Positions 12,950-25,565 are shown, counted from the stretch's first letter. The stretch: DNA of 64,000 bases from Octopus vulgaris (GCA_951406725.2 OX597821.1:29078001-29142000); one strand, 5' to 3'. The notes: generated by a model from the sequence alone, not told the origin. Translations and numbers: made by a program.

Positions 12950-13900
12950 GATCTCTTCTGAGCCACAAGAACTCAATGAAAACAAGGCAGCACAAGGAAA
13001 GTACCAGAAAAAAAGGATAAACACGGAGGTGGAATTTAGAAAGATAATGGAGTAACAGAAAAGAAAACAAAAAAAACCCCACTAAAACAAAATCCTCAAT
13101 TGCAGGAGACCTTACTGAGGGTTACTCGCAAAACAACATTACGAAACCTATATAACTCTGAAGGCGGCGAGCTGGCAGAAACGTTAGCACGCCGGGCGAA
13201 ATGCGTAGCCGTATTTCGTCTGCCGTTACGTTCTGAGTTCAAATTCCGCCGAGGTCGACTTTGCCTTTCATCCTTTAGGGGTCGATAATTTAAGTACCAG
13301 TTACGCACTGGGGTCGATATAATCGACTTAATCCGTTTGTCTGTCCTTGTTTGTCCTCTCTGTGTTTAGCCTCTTGTGGGCAATAAAAAAACCTATATAA
13401 CTCTGATCACGAAGTTTGGCGCCCTCATTCAGCGTTTGTTCTACCTACAGGCATAAAACCTCAGAGTAGGCTTATTTACACATGCCAAAATTTGCCACTC
13501 TCCTCCACTGTTCAAAGAATTTTCTGGGTGAAATGGGGTGGAGAGCACCGCAAGGCTCAATCTACCCAGGGCAGTCTCAGCAGCATTATTAAGCCACTGG
13601 GAAAATCAGTGCACTGGGGGGGCCTACTTTATTTATTGACAGTAAGTCACAGTATACATAGACCAGAACCTGGTTCCTGAACCTGTTCGACCCCGGACAA
13701 CTGCCCCGTGTGCCTATGCGTTAAGGCGACACTGACCCTACTCCCACATTCCGTTCCAAGTGAAACTGAAAATAGTTGATGAGGACTTGACCGAAGAGGA
13801 ATACATCAATTTTCATTTCTTTTAACTTCGTCTACCACATAACCACTTTTGCTAAAGCGACCAGACAAAGGAATATTTTGTCTGCCTTTCTCAGCCAAAA
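12950..13900 (-). mobile_element. Tx1/L1-like LINE 3' fragment, interrupted by a SINE
   Basis: IFLCLVALAKVVMW*TKLKEMKIDVFLFGQVLINYFQFHLER (~13750-13885) and SPRKFFEQWRRVA (~13490-13530); same family as 11520-12010. Confidence 0.65.
13162..13388 (+). mobile_element. full-length SINE family B
   Basis: tRNA-like head, core GCCTTTCATCCTTTAGGGGTCGATAATTTAAGTACCAG, 18-bp TSD AAACCTATATAACTCTGA (13144-13161, 13389-13406). Confidence 0.9.
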
Positions 13901-14199
13901 GAAAACGGCGGGTTGTCTATCAGCAGTGTTCGATGTGATAACAATTAATGTAAATTATTATAAATAAAACAAACATAAGTCATCGATCTAATATTAAAAG
14001 TAATTAGTGTTGGCAGTTCTTAACCGAAACCATAAATAATCGAAACTGTACATCGTAGTCGTACTAGTAATTTGCAAAAAAATTTTTTCATGCTGGCAAA
14101 ACAAAACAAATATCGCCATAAGAGTAGGTGGCTTGTTGACTAGTTACTTGTTATACTATTTTGTCAACGACTACCACTGCTAATACAATTAATAATGAT

Positions 14200-14755
14200 G
14201 GTTTCAAATTTTGTCACAGGGCAGCAATTTCGGGGGAGGGAATGAATCGATTACATCGACCCCAGTGTCCAACTGGTACTTACTTTATCGACCCCGAGAG
14301 GATGAAAGGCAAAGTCGACTTCGGCAGAATTTGAACTCAGAACGTAGCGTCGGGCGAAATACCTATTTCTTTACTACCCTCAAGGGGCTAAACACAGAGA
14401 GGACAAACTAGGACAGACAAACGGATTAAGTCGATTATATCGACTCCAGTGCATAACTGGTACTTATTTAATCGACCCTCGAGAGGATGAAAGGCAAAGT
14501 CGACCCCGGCAGAATTTGAACTCAGAACGTAGCGTCGGGCAAAATACCTATTTCTTTACTACCTACAAGGGGCTAAACACAGAGAAGACAAACAAGGGCA
14601 GACAAACGGATTAAGTCGAATATATCGACTCTAGTGCATAACTGGTACTTATTTAATCGACCCCGAAAGAATGATAAGCAAAGTCGACCTCGGCGGAATT
14701 TGAACTCAGAACGTAGCGGCAGACGAAATACCGCTAAGCATTTCGTCCGGTGCGC
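14200..14755 (-). mobile_element. head-to-tail SINE B trimer (period ~185 bp)
   Basis: Three consecutive cores with the same junction repeated at 14356-14369 and 14541-14554. Confidence 0.9.
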
Positions 14756-14880
14756 AATTAATAATAATAATATTAATAATGATAATGATAATCCTTTCTA
14801 CTAAAGGCACAAGGCCTGAAATTTTCGGGGAGGGGACTAGTCAATTACGTCTACCCCAGTGTTTCACTGGTACTGATTTT

Positions 14881-15395
14881 ATGTAAGGATGTATTATCCA
14901 TTGGGAGCTCTGTGGAAGTCACGGCCTACAAAAAGCAAACCCCAGGAGTCACCGAGAAAGAAGTTTTCAAAATCCTGTGGGATGCAATAATCCAGTGTGA
15001 TCACCTGACCAGACATCGGAAACCAGACATTGATGTGGTGAATAAGAAAGAAAGAACATGCATTTTAATCGGCATAGCACGTCCCGGTGACAACAGCATC
15101 AAAGAGAACGAAAAAAACAGAACAACTGCGACAATTTGAAGTGGGAAATACGAAAGTTGTGCTCAATGAGGAGAGCCGACGTGATACCAACAGTAACTGG
15201 CGCACTTTGAAGTACCAGCACTCAACTAGCAACATGGCTCAAAAAGGTTGGTACAAACACCTACAAAAATCAGCATTGCTTGGAACTGCAAGAATTCTTT
15301 GCAAGATTCTTGAAGCATAACTAGTAAATAAGTGTCACCATAGTCTGCTGGCTGTGGACAGCTGACACTTTCTATCATACCCAGAAAAATAAGCT
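14881..15395 (+). mobile_element. RLE-type non-LTR retrotransposon 3' fragment (R4/Dong-like)
   Basis: KILWDAIIQCDHLTRHRKPDIDVVNKKERTC (PD..D-type restriction-like endonuclease) and terminal LQKSALLGTARILCKILEA*; frameshifted. Confidence 0.85.
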
Positions 15396-15752
15396 GAGAG
15401 TTTTCATCACTAGGAGACATACTTAACTGGTTAAGCTCAAACAACTGACAAGCAAATCTGTGGTATTGAGCAGAATATTTGCTGGAGCCCATCATTTATA
15501 CTTATTATTATTATTGTTATTATTATTCATTAACTGACTGAGAGAGCAGGGCATGCAATCAAAATGACGCTGGGGTACAAATATATGAAACCTAATACAA
15601 CTATCTAATAAGGGTACACCAGGCACACGCGTCACAACCATATGTGTGCAACATGGTGATCTCATATCAAGGTAAACAGCGCATGATCTTGTAGGTGACA
15701 CCCAGGTCGAGTAGCCCATTCCGACCCAAAAGGTCTCTGAATAAGTACTGTA

Positions 15753-15786
<34 letters not shown>

Positions 15787-15939
15787 ATTGAGTAAGGGTA
15801 GAAATTGAAGGCATTTGAAGGTAGAAAGTGAAGGCATTTGAAAGATACACATAAATACAATTTGTTGAACTCTATGCATGCGGGACTCCGGTCAAGCATT
15901 AGGTATCTAGTTCTGGAAACTATGTTTGTAAACGACAGA

Positions 15940-16019
15940 CTATGCTGATGATCTTGCAGATATTCACGTATACGTGAATATACGTGAATTATTAACAAGT
16001 GAAACTGATCGGTACATAG
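15940..16019 (+). ncRNA. type I hammerhead ribozyme motif (PLE pseudo-LTR associated)
   Basis: Stem I CTATG/CATAG; core CTGATGA (15945-15951); stem II CTTG/CAAG; GAAA (16001-16004); quasi-palindromic stem III ACTGATCGGT; cleavage triplet GUA (16012-16014). Confidence 0.8.
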
Positions 16020-16195
16020 ATAATCGTTTCTTATTTCGTATATTTTCATTTGTCTTGCTTATTTTTTTACACTTTGGTTTTATGCTGAGTTTTTTCTTGA
16101 GAACACATTCTTCGTGGAAAATAGCATTTTTGACATCTATATCTAGCATATTGACTGTCCACTTTTAGTGGTCGGTCCTTTAAATTTTGTATGTA

Positions 16196-16228
<33 letters not shown>

Positions 16229-16354
16229 AATCTATATGAAAATTACATTCTGCAAGTCGACCTAGGTGGAATTTGAACTCAGAACGTAGCGACGGTGAAA
16301 CATCACTAAGCATTTCGTCTAGTGTGCTAACGATACTGCCAGCTCGTTGCCTTC

Positions 16355-16399
<45 letters not shown>

Positions 16400-16546
16400 T
16401 TCGAGCTAAAAGGAACATACAGCATAGGGTTCACAACACCACAACATTTGCCCTACAGGGTCTTGAAAATGCAACGTGATATATTTAACCTTGTACAATC
16501 TTTCTGAATTGTAGATTAAGAAAGTAAAATAAATCATTATCATCCA

Positions 16547-16577
<31 letters not shown>

Positions 16578-16780
16578 ATCATCATCACCAACTTTCATTA
16601 TCATCGACGTCGTCGCCGCCGACAACAAGAGTCATACATTGGATAAAAGTAAGAGCTGCAAGAATAAATCAAAACAAACACATGCACAAACTAATATACG
16701 TATGCCTCTGAGCAATTCCTCTTGTAAAGCTGTAAGGAAAAATACGTTTCTTTTTCATTCTTTTTCATCATCATCATCAC

Positions 16781-16814
<34 letters not shown>

Positions 16815-17546
16815 TTGGAAAACAAAATGTGTTAAGTTTTTATCACTTCTGCTCTTATTTGTTTCACTCGCTGCTAACGCTAAATCAATTCCCTGCCACG
16901 TCCTCCACCATCACAGCCAATCGTATTCCAATGCATCTACAAACACTCCTTTGGCTTCCCCAATTACATAAACCACATACACACAAACGTGCTGTTTCTA
17001 GGAAAATGAAAAATTGCTGTCTCCGAATTTTACCAATTTCTCTAGCGAATAAGAATTAGTTTGTGAGCAGCAGAAGAATTCAAGAGAAGAGAGTTTCTTA
17101 TCTATATTTTAAACAATAATTCTTTTAGGGGTTTTTTTTTTTCCCCCTTACATTCTGCGTGTGAGTGAGTCTATATGTGCATGCGTGAGTGTGTGTATGA
17201 GTGCGTGTGTTTTCATGTTTTGAGGGAGGAAGTGGATTAATATATATATATATATATATTTTTTTGGTTGATGTTTCGGGATTAATGTTCCTAAATTGTG
17301 ATTCTCAGTCCTGTTGTTGTTGCTGCTGTTGTTGTGTTTCTTATTTATGGTTTTCAAACAGTGTTAGGAATCGTTACTATTATTACCGTGGCTGTTGTTA
17401 GTATTTACTTCAAGGATACTCGTTTGTTATAATATATAAACATATATGTCTTATACACATAAACTCATACACACACGCCTATATATATATATGTATATAT
17501 ATATGTACGTACATATATGTTTATATATATGCATATGTTTTATTTC

Positions 17547-17601
<55 letters not shown>

Positions 17602-17977
17602 TTATGATTTATGCTTATGTGTATGTATGTATGTGTGTGTGTGTAAGTAATAAACAGTAATCTTTGAAGGAAAATACTATCAGCAACGAAAAAATAAGAA
17701 CAAGGATAATGATTTCTAACTCTGGTACAAAACCACAAATATTAGGCAATAACAAATATAAACTGAGATACGCAGGTGAGAACATACATACACACACATA
17801 TATGAAACATTATATATATATATATATATATATATATAGATAGATAGATAGACGAGTAGGTAGATAGATAGATAGTCTCTAATCTATATGAAAATTGCAT
17901 TCTACACCTTTATTTTATTTGGTGGGGGGTTCTCTGCAAGACCATGACGGCAGCAAGGTGTATTTATAGTAATAATG

Positions 17978-18191
17978 ATTTCAAATTTTGGCACAAGGCC
18001 AACAATTGTGAGGGAGAGGGTAAGTCGATTACATCGACTCCGGTGTTTACCTGGTACTTATTTTATCGACCCCGAAAGGATGAAAGGTAAAAATTGACCT
18101 CGGCAGAATTTGAACTCAGAACGTGAATACAGACGAAAATCCGCTAAGCATTTTACCCGGTGTGTTAACGATTCTGCCAGTTCGTCGCCTC
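17978..18191 (-). mobile_element. SINE family B (alternative tail subfamily)
   Basis: Same head/core as 13162-13388; tail ...CCTTGTGCCAAAATTTGAAATC(ATT)n. Confidence 0.85.
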
Positions 18192-18214
18192 AATAATCAT
18201 AATAATAATAATCA

Positions 18215-18590
18215 TTATTTCTTTTATCAGCCACAAGGTCATTGATGAGGGAGACATCATATGGACAGTCAACAGTTTGTGTGGGATCTTAGGTGAAGGA
18301 AACAGAAAAGACGTTGAAGTGAGATAAGAGTACACCCAGTATATAAAGTATGTAATAACATGAATGATTCAGTCCTCCTGGTACAGGAGAAACTCCAACT
18401 AGGGCCAATCTAGAAACCCTACATATCCACTCCACCAGTACCCTGACCATCAAGGGTACGAGCCCTCTGTAAAGTGATCTCCAATCTACAGGTATATGCT
18501 TAGAGTAGGGCTATTCATACTAACCATATTTTCCCTCAGCTGCCCATCTTTTCATAAATTCAGTGGGAGGTAGCACTTCCCTCATGTCAT
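18215..18590 (-). mobile_element. Tx1/L1-like LINE extreme 3' fragment
   Basis: MREVLPPTEFMKRW...MNSPTLSIYL* plus 3' UTR ending CCTTGTGGCTGATAAAAGAAAT. Confidence 0.6.
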
Positions 18591-18645
18591 CAATTCTACT
18601 GCTGTTACTCCTGCTGCTGCCGCTACTACTACTACTATTACTACA

Positions 18646-18687
<42 letters not shown>

Positions 18688-19365
18688 GTTGCTGCTGCTG
18701 CTACTACTACTTGCTAATAATAATAATAAGAATAGCAACATAATTTACCATAATCAAATACCACTACCATTATCAAGAGATATCTTTGGATTTAAATACA
18801 GTTATTATTTGTGTGTTTAATATTTTCGTTCCATTACTAAAAATCTTTTCGTGTGTTACAACTGGCGAAAACAAAACACACACAAGCACACACACACACA
18901 CACATAAAAGTTACTTATATGAAAATGTCGTAAAAGTTACTTAGAAATGTCATATAAGTTAAAAGAAAAATAGAACAGAAATAAATAAATATATATATAT
19001 TTTTTTGCATAAAATGTGATATGTGAATTTTATTTTTCAGAGGTTTAAATTCCGTTTTCTTACATTTTTCATGTCGACAAAATGTCGTAACACTAAACAT
19101 TATATTATGTTATTTAGAGTGCTATAGTGAGAAATATATACGTCAGATATAAACCTTTGGCAATCTATTACACCACCACTGATGTTGGTATGTGTGTGTG
19201 TCTATGATGTGATTTCGTGTAATGTTTCTAGTGTACCAAGTCTTAGAAGAAGACAGCTACCTTGATGCTACTGCACAGTTAATGTTGCCTGTCTTTAGTT
19301 CAGTCGATAGCGTGTTCATCAGGAACATCATCCTCGGTATCAAAATATATGGCTGCTCGTGATCT

Positions 19366-20285
19366 TTAACCCCTTTAGCATTCAGATTCCTATGTCAAAT
19401 GTCTAATGGGAGTATTCAGCAATTACTCGATGTCGCGATTGGCTAGAATATTTATTTCTTTACTACCTACAAGGGGCTAAACACAGAGGGGACAAACAAG
19501 GACAGACAAATGGATTAAGCCGATTACATCGATCCCAGTGCGTAACTGGTACTTATTTAATCGACCCTGAAAGGATGAAAGGCAAAGTTGACCTCGGCGG
19601 AATTTGAACTCAGAACGTCACGGCAGACGAAATACGGCTACGCATTTCGCCCGGCGTGCTATCGTTTCTGCCAGCTCGCCCCCATTACCCACGTATAAAC
19701 AAACTCTGACCAATCAGGCCTTCGCGTGAAACAGGCTCCAGTAGCGATTTCATCTTTTGGCGCGCTTCTTACTGAGAGCTATCAATCAGTACAAATTCGA
19801 CACACCGTGACTGCTTGACAGAGAGCGTTGGAATGCAGCAGAGAGTATTGGCGGACACTGTAGGAGATGGCAAACAGCAGCTAACAACACAAAGGCAATG
19901 AGCAGTCGGAGAATGAATGCCATTTGAAGTCAGTGGTACCGTAAGAAACTGACCACACTTTATCTGCTGCTACGACAACACCATGAACAACAACATTCAA
20001 AACTCTTTCGCAGTTTTATCGTTCGTAGTAACAACATTTGCTTTTGCGGACGAAAATAAAATTTTTGTTTATCAGAAATCGCAACAGACACCAGTGTTTT
20101 TCGTATAAATGTAATGCTTATTTAAGCACATTGTCTTGAATTAATTATGCATTACCTCATAGCTTTGAGATTTTGATGATATGTTTTTAGAATGACATAG
20201 TAAGGTAGGTGTGAAAGGCCGGATCCGGTCGCTTTGAAGACAAGAAGAATATTTGAGCTAGATATGACTAGTTTAAATGCTAAAG
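19366..20285. mobile_element. piggyBac-like MITE split by a ~700-bp insertion
   Basis: TTAACCCCTTTAGCATT...AAATGCTAAAG termini. Uninterrupted inverted copy at 36442-36670. Insertion 19403-20106 is flanked by AAATGT. Confidence 0.75.
19449..19681 (-). mobile_element. SINE family B copy
   Basis: Reverse match to 13162-13388. Confidence 0.9.
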
Positions 20286-20296
20286 ATCTATGTAGG

Positions 20297-20640
20297 AAGC
20301 ACTACAACGGAACAGCCTACTCGTGAAATTAACGTGTAAGTGGCTGAGCACTCCACAGACACGTGTACCCTTAACGTAGTTCTCGGGGATATTCAGCGTG
20401 ACACAGAGAGTGACAAGGCCGGCTCTTCGAAATACAGGTACAACAGAAACAGGAAGTAAGAGTGAGAGAAAGTTGTGGTGAAAGAGTACAGCAGGGATCA
20501 CCACCATCCCCTGCCGGAGCCTCGTGGAGCTTTAGGTGTTTTCGCTCAATAAACACTCACAACGCCCGGTCAGGGAATCGAAACCGCGATCCTATGACCG
20601 CGAGTCCGCTGCCCTAACCACTGGGCCATTGCGCCTCCAC
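20297..20640 (-). mobile_element. SINE family C copy
   Basis: Reverse match to 9026-9377; TSD TAAAGA(T/G)CTATGTA. Confidence 0.9.
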
Positions 20641-20862
20641 TTAAAGAGCTATGTAAACAAACATGGAAAACACTGGTTTGCGAAAAGTCGGTCATCCTCG
20701 TGCTCCTAAACACTACATATTTCTAGTTCTAATTCATACAAGTTCCAGTACGTTAATTAATATACATTTTTCTTTCTTTGGGAATTCTTGTTACCCTTGT
20801 CTTTGGTAAACGTTGCTCTATAATGTTATCTTTCCTCTATGCAATTATACAGTCTTGATTAA

Positions 20863-21093
20863 AAGGCGGCGAGCTGGCAGAACCGTTAGCACGCCGGACT
20901 AAATGCTAAGTGGTATTTCGTCTGCCGTTACGTTCTGAGTTCAGATTCCACCGAGGTCGACATTGCCTTTCATCCTTTCGGGGTCGATAAATTAAGTACC
21001 AGTTAAGTACTGGGGTCGATGTAATCGTCTTAATCCGTGTGTCTGTCCTTGTTTGTCCCCTCTATGTTTAGCCCCATGTCGGTAATAAAGAAA
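20863..21093 (+). mobile_element. SINE family B copy
   Basis: Matches 13162-13388. Confidence 0.9.
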
Positions 21094-21649
21094 CATATAC
21101 AGTTATTCTACTTGGTTCATTGAGTAAGTAAATACAAGTAAATGCTATTGTTTTACCCCGTGTCTAACTTGATGAAACAAACCTGCAACCAACAGTGTTC
21201 TGGCCATGAACATCACTAAATTTATTTAAAGTATAGTGTACTTATGAGGTTGTGTGGTCAAGTGATTAAGGTATTTGGGTTCACAATCGTTCGATCGTGG
21301 ATTCGATTCTCGGACTAGGCAATGCTCTGAGTGCTTGGGTAAAGCATTTTATATAATTTACTTCAGTATATTCAGTCGAAAATAACAACCAATGGAATTT
21401 GGGAATTAATTATGCGACGGACTGGCGACGCTTTCGTGGGAAGAAGCCTTGTAGCGTAAAAAAAAATAAACACAGGCATGGCCATGGGGTTAAGAACTTC
21501 ATTTTGCCACATAGTTTCTGACAAGTGCTTTCTACTGATCTACTATAGCCATGGACTGACCAATGTCTTGTAAGTAAATTTGGAAAACTGAAGACAGTGT
21601 ACAATCTTATCGTGTACACACACATATGACATATGTATATATATATATA

Positions 21650-21857
21650 CTCTCTTTTACTTGTTTCAGTCATTTGACTGTGGTCATGCTGGAGCACCGC
21701 CTTTAGTCGAGCAAATCGACTCCGGGACTAATTCTTTGTAAGCCCAGTACTTATTCTATCGGACTCTTTTGCCGAACCGCTAAGTGACGGGGACGTAAAC
21801 ACACCAGCATCGGTTGTCAAGCAATGCTAGGGGAACAAACACAGACATATACACACT

Positions 21858-21916
<59 letters not shown>

Positions 21917-22125
21917 TCTTTTACTCTTTTACTTGTTTCAGTCATTTGACTGTGGCCATGCTGGAGCACCGCCTTTAGTCGAGCAAATCGACCCGGGACT
22001 TATTCTTGTAAGCCCAGTACTTATTCTATCGGTCTATTTTGCCGAACCGCTAAGTGACGGGGACGTAAACACACCAGCATCGGTTGTCAAGCAATGCTAG
22101 GAGACAAACACAGACACACAGACAT

Positions 22126-22174
<49 letters not shown>

Positions 22175-22361
22175 AACATTCATATATATATATATATATA
22201 CGACAGGCTTCTTTCAGTTTCCGTCCACCAAATCCACTCAAGGCATTGGTCGGCCCGAGGCTATTGTAGAAGACACTTGCCCAAGATGCCACGCAGTGGG
22301 ACTGAACCCGGAACCATGTGGTTGGTAAGCAAGCTACTTACCACACAGCCACTCCTGCGCC
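21650..22361 (-). mobile_element. SINE family A with tandemly duplicated 3' half
   Basis: Head at 22200-22361; tail present twice (21650-21870 and 21915-22130), separated by (TA)n. Confidence 0.9.
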
Positions 22362-22800
22362 TATATAACGTGTGCACGTGCATTTTGTGTCTGTCCGCCA
22401 ACCATCACTTGACAACTGGTGTTGGTTTGTTTACGTCCTATTAACACAGTTTTGGAAAAAAGAAACTGACAGAATGCGTACAATATTTTAAAAAATAAGT
22501 ATCGGGGTTGATTTGTTTAACTAGATACTGCCAGAGCCGGTGCCCTAGCATGACCCAATCCAATGAATGACACAAGTAAAAGAGAAAGGATAAAAAAAAA
22601 TCAAACATTGCCATTCGTGGCAGTGACCTACGAGTGAGTTACAAAGGAAGGAGTTCTCAGTGGACATTGAGCCTTTATGAAAAGGCATTCAAATTTAATG
22701 TATTGGTGGATCACTGAGGAGTTGATATTTTTTTCTTTATCAGCTTTCGTTTTGTGATTTGTTCAATTTTTCTGCTTACGTAAGTATTGCCAGCGATGGG

Positions 22801-23330
22801 ATCATCATCATTGTTCGACCGTGGTCGAGACAATGGAATTTACCATGCTACGCCAGACTTCACGGTCCATCATGGCATTACGCAGGTCCTGTTGCTGGAT
22901 GCCTGTATCTCTGAAGATTACATCAGGGTAGGAGAGTGTGTGCCCTCTGGTATTGCGAGTAGATGGCTTCCAGAGGAGAAGAGTAGAAATTACCTCTTTT
23001 TCAGCTCTACAACAATGTCCAGCAAACTGGACTCTCCTACCTTTCACAAGAGATGACACAGGTGGTAGTTTCCCATATATTTGCATTTTGATTGGATGAC
23101 GCTTCCACGAGAGATTTTGAGCTCTCATAAGGAGGCGAGTGTAGGTTCCATCCAACCGCCTCTCAAGCTTCTTTGATAACGTCCAGGTTTATGAGCCATA
23201 TAGTAGAATTGGTTCGACTGTGGCTTTGAATATTTCAAGTTTGAAGTCTCTACTTAGATTAGATGACCAGATCTTATGCATGTCATTACAGGCTGACCAG
23301 GCCATACCCTTTCTAGTTAGAAAATCTAGT
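22801..23330 (-). mobile_element. RTE-clade LINE, 5'-truncated 3' part
   Basis: ORF 22808-23155 (DGTYTRLLMRAQNLSW...RRVQFAGHCCR...AMMDREVWRS), upstream FKATVEPILLYGS*TWTL, (TGA)n tail. Confidence 0.9.
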
Positions 23331-24518
23331 TAGCGATGAAATTATGGGTGAAGGTATGAGATACACGTGACATGCCCTGGCTATTAGCTATCGTAAAGGA
23401 GACAATCGGGCAAGATTGGAAGAGTGAATTTTGAATCGAAAAGTTATGAAGGAGTACAGATTAAACATATTTAATATTTCTTTTTTCCTATATAGAATAA
23501 AGATCTTGAAATTCCCAGTCGTAAGTAACCATGTATAACATCATTTCATCTTTTTATGAAATTGTCAGCATAGCATAACCCAAAGAAAATAAATTTCTCT
23601 AAAGTAAACATTTTACGATGCTAGATATATATTATACAAAGAAAATAATTTACACTTTAACACATATTCATTTACTTTTCCTCGTAGATCGTTAATAATA
23701 CAGTAATAAAGTGACAAGAGAGAGAGAGATTTCTTATATACAGGTTAATATTTCCATGGAAATATGAGATATTTTATACGTAAAATATGATATCAAATAC
23801 TATAGAGAAAGCAGTGGTTGATCTCCAAACTATAGAATCCTACGAATGTGTTTTTAAAAGACGTTCGAGTGTGATTTGAAAGAAAATTGGTTGATAATGT
23901 TAGCAGGTAAATTTACCAAACAGAGGCTCTGTCTCTTAGGCTCGCCTGGTACACATAGCTTGTGTTAGTCTCTTATCATTCCGCATCCTGTAAATTACAT
24001 GATTTATCAAAACGATCGTCAACTCACGGTGAGAAATGTCAATACAAGAAAATTCGAACATTCGTGACAGGTCACTTCCGGATTACGTGTTCACATTTAC
24101 TTAGAATTTAATTAAAACCCAATCTTCACAGCTGGACTTTTAATTATGTTTACGTTCACATATATCGTGTTACATCATAGGTGGAGAGGTGTATTGTGTA
24201 ATTATGTCAAAGAGCAAGCAAAGTTTATGCGAGGAAGTACTTTTATATGATTGTAGGTTAACATATTATTATTATTACGACAATGACGACGAAGACGACA
24301 AGTGAAATGATGACAATGATAATGCTGTTGAGGGCAAAGACAATGATGGTGATGATAGTGAGGATGATGATTATGTTGACGACGACGACGACGATGGTGC
24401 CGTTAATTAATTAGACATAGAAAGAGAATATTAAAGTCGCTATACCGTCATGTAGTAAGATAGAGCCTGCTCGAGCAGAGATGCTTCAGCTACGACCATC
24501 ACATCTTTATTTCAGATA

Positions 24519-25018
24519 CCGTAAATCCTCGAGTATAATCCGCATTCCCCCCTCCCCCCCCAAAAAAAAAATTTAACGGTCAAAATCCCTAGTGCGTACT
24601 ATATACGAGGTTAAAAATGAAAAATATTTTCTAAGCAATGCACGAGTCTCTATTTGCTGTCTGGCGATGTTTATTCAGACGCATTTTGTGATATTGGGCG
24701 CGAAAATATCTCAAGCTAAGACTGTAAGCAATGAAGTCATAAAAGTATCATCCATAACTTGCAATAAGCAACATTTATTAAAACGTTATTACTGTTATTT
24801 CTTTATTTTCTGCAAACAAAATGCACAAAAAAGCTACACGTTTGCATTATGTTATATATACAATAATAATAAATGACGTTGTCGTATGCAGACCTCCTTG
24901 ACTCACGTTAGAGAAGGGGTGCGTATTATACACAAGGTTTAGGTTTTTCAGAGGTACATCCCCCTAAAAATCCCCTGCGTATTATACTCAAGAGCGGACT
25001 ATACTCGAGGATTTACGG
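24519..25018. mobile_element. Tc1/mariner-superfamily MITE (CCGTA termini, TA TSD)
   Basis: TIR CCGTAAATCCTCGAGTATAATCCGC / GCGGACTATACTCGAGGATTTACGG flanked by TA; second copy at 44693-45197. Confidence 0.9.
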
Positions 25019-25239
25019 TACAGTGTTTCTAAGACTCTCTAATCCATGTCGTGTGATCTATAGAAAGTGGTTCCCTTCGATGCTTTTACGATGGTTAAAT
25101 GGCTCAAATGTTGACCATTTACAAAATTGCAGATGAAATTAGGATCAATGTATTGCTGCTGTTTTAAAACATGGGCACATTGATCAGCTGCTGGAGGCCT
25201 TATGTGTCTGAGATTCCAGTACTCTTTTATGTATGCTTG

Positions 25240-25565
25240 TGAAGGTGCGTGGCTTAGTGGTTAGGGTATTCGGCTTAAGAGTGAAAGGTCGTGGGTTCAA
25301 TTCTCGATGGTGCCTTGTGACCTTGAGCAAGACACTTTATTTCACGTCGCTGCAGTCCACTCAACTGCCAAAAACTACTAGTATCTGTATTTCAAAGAGC
25401 CAGCCTTGTCACATTTTTTTGTCACGTTAAATCTCCATGAGATCTATGTTAAGAGTACGCGTGTCTGTGGAGGGCTCAGTCACGTGAACGTTGATATCAC
25501 GAGCAGGCTACTCTGTTGATTGGATCAATTGGAACCCTCGTCGTCGCAACCAATGAAGTGCCAGT
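25240..25565 (+). mobile_element. chimeric SINE (family D-type head/core + family C-type tail)
   Basis: Head/core resemble 29410-29750; the 3' half resembles 9210-9374. Confidence 0.75.

Noticed and set aside
15492-16049. Longest ORF (185 aa, minus strand)
   Set aside because: It runs through unrelated repeat fragments and a (TA)n tract; chance open frame.
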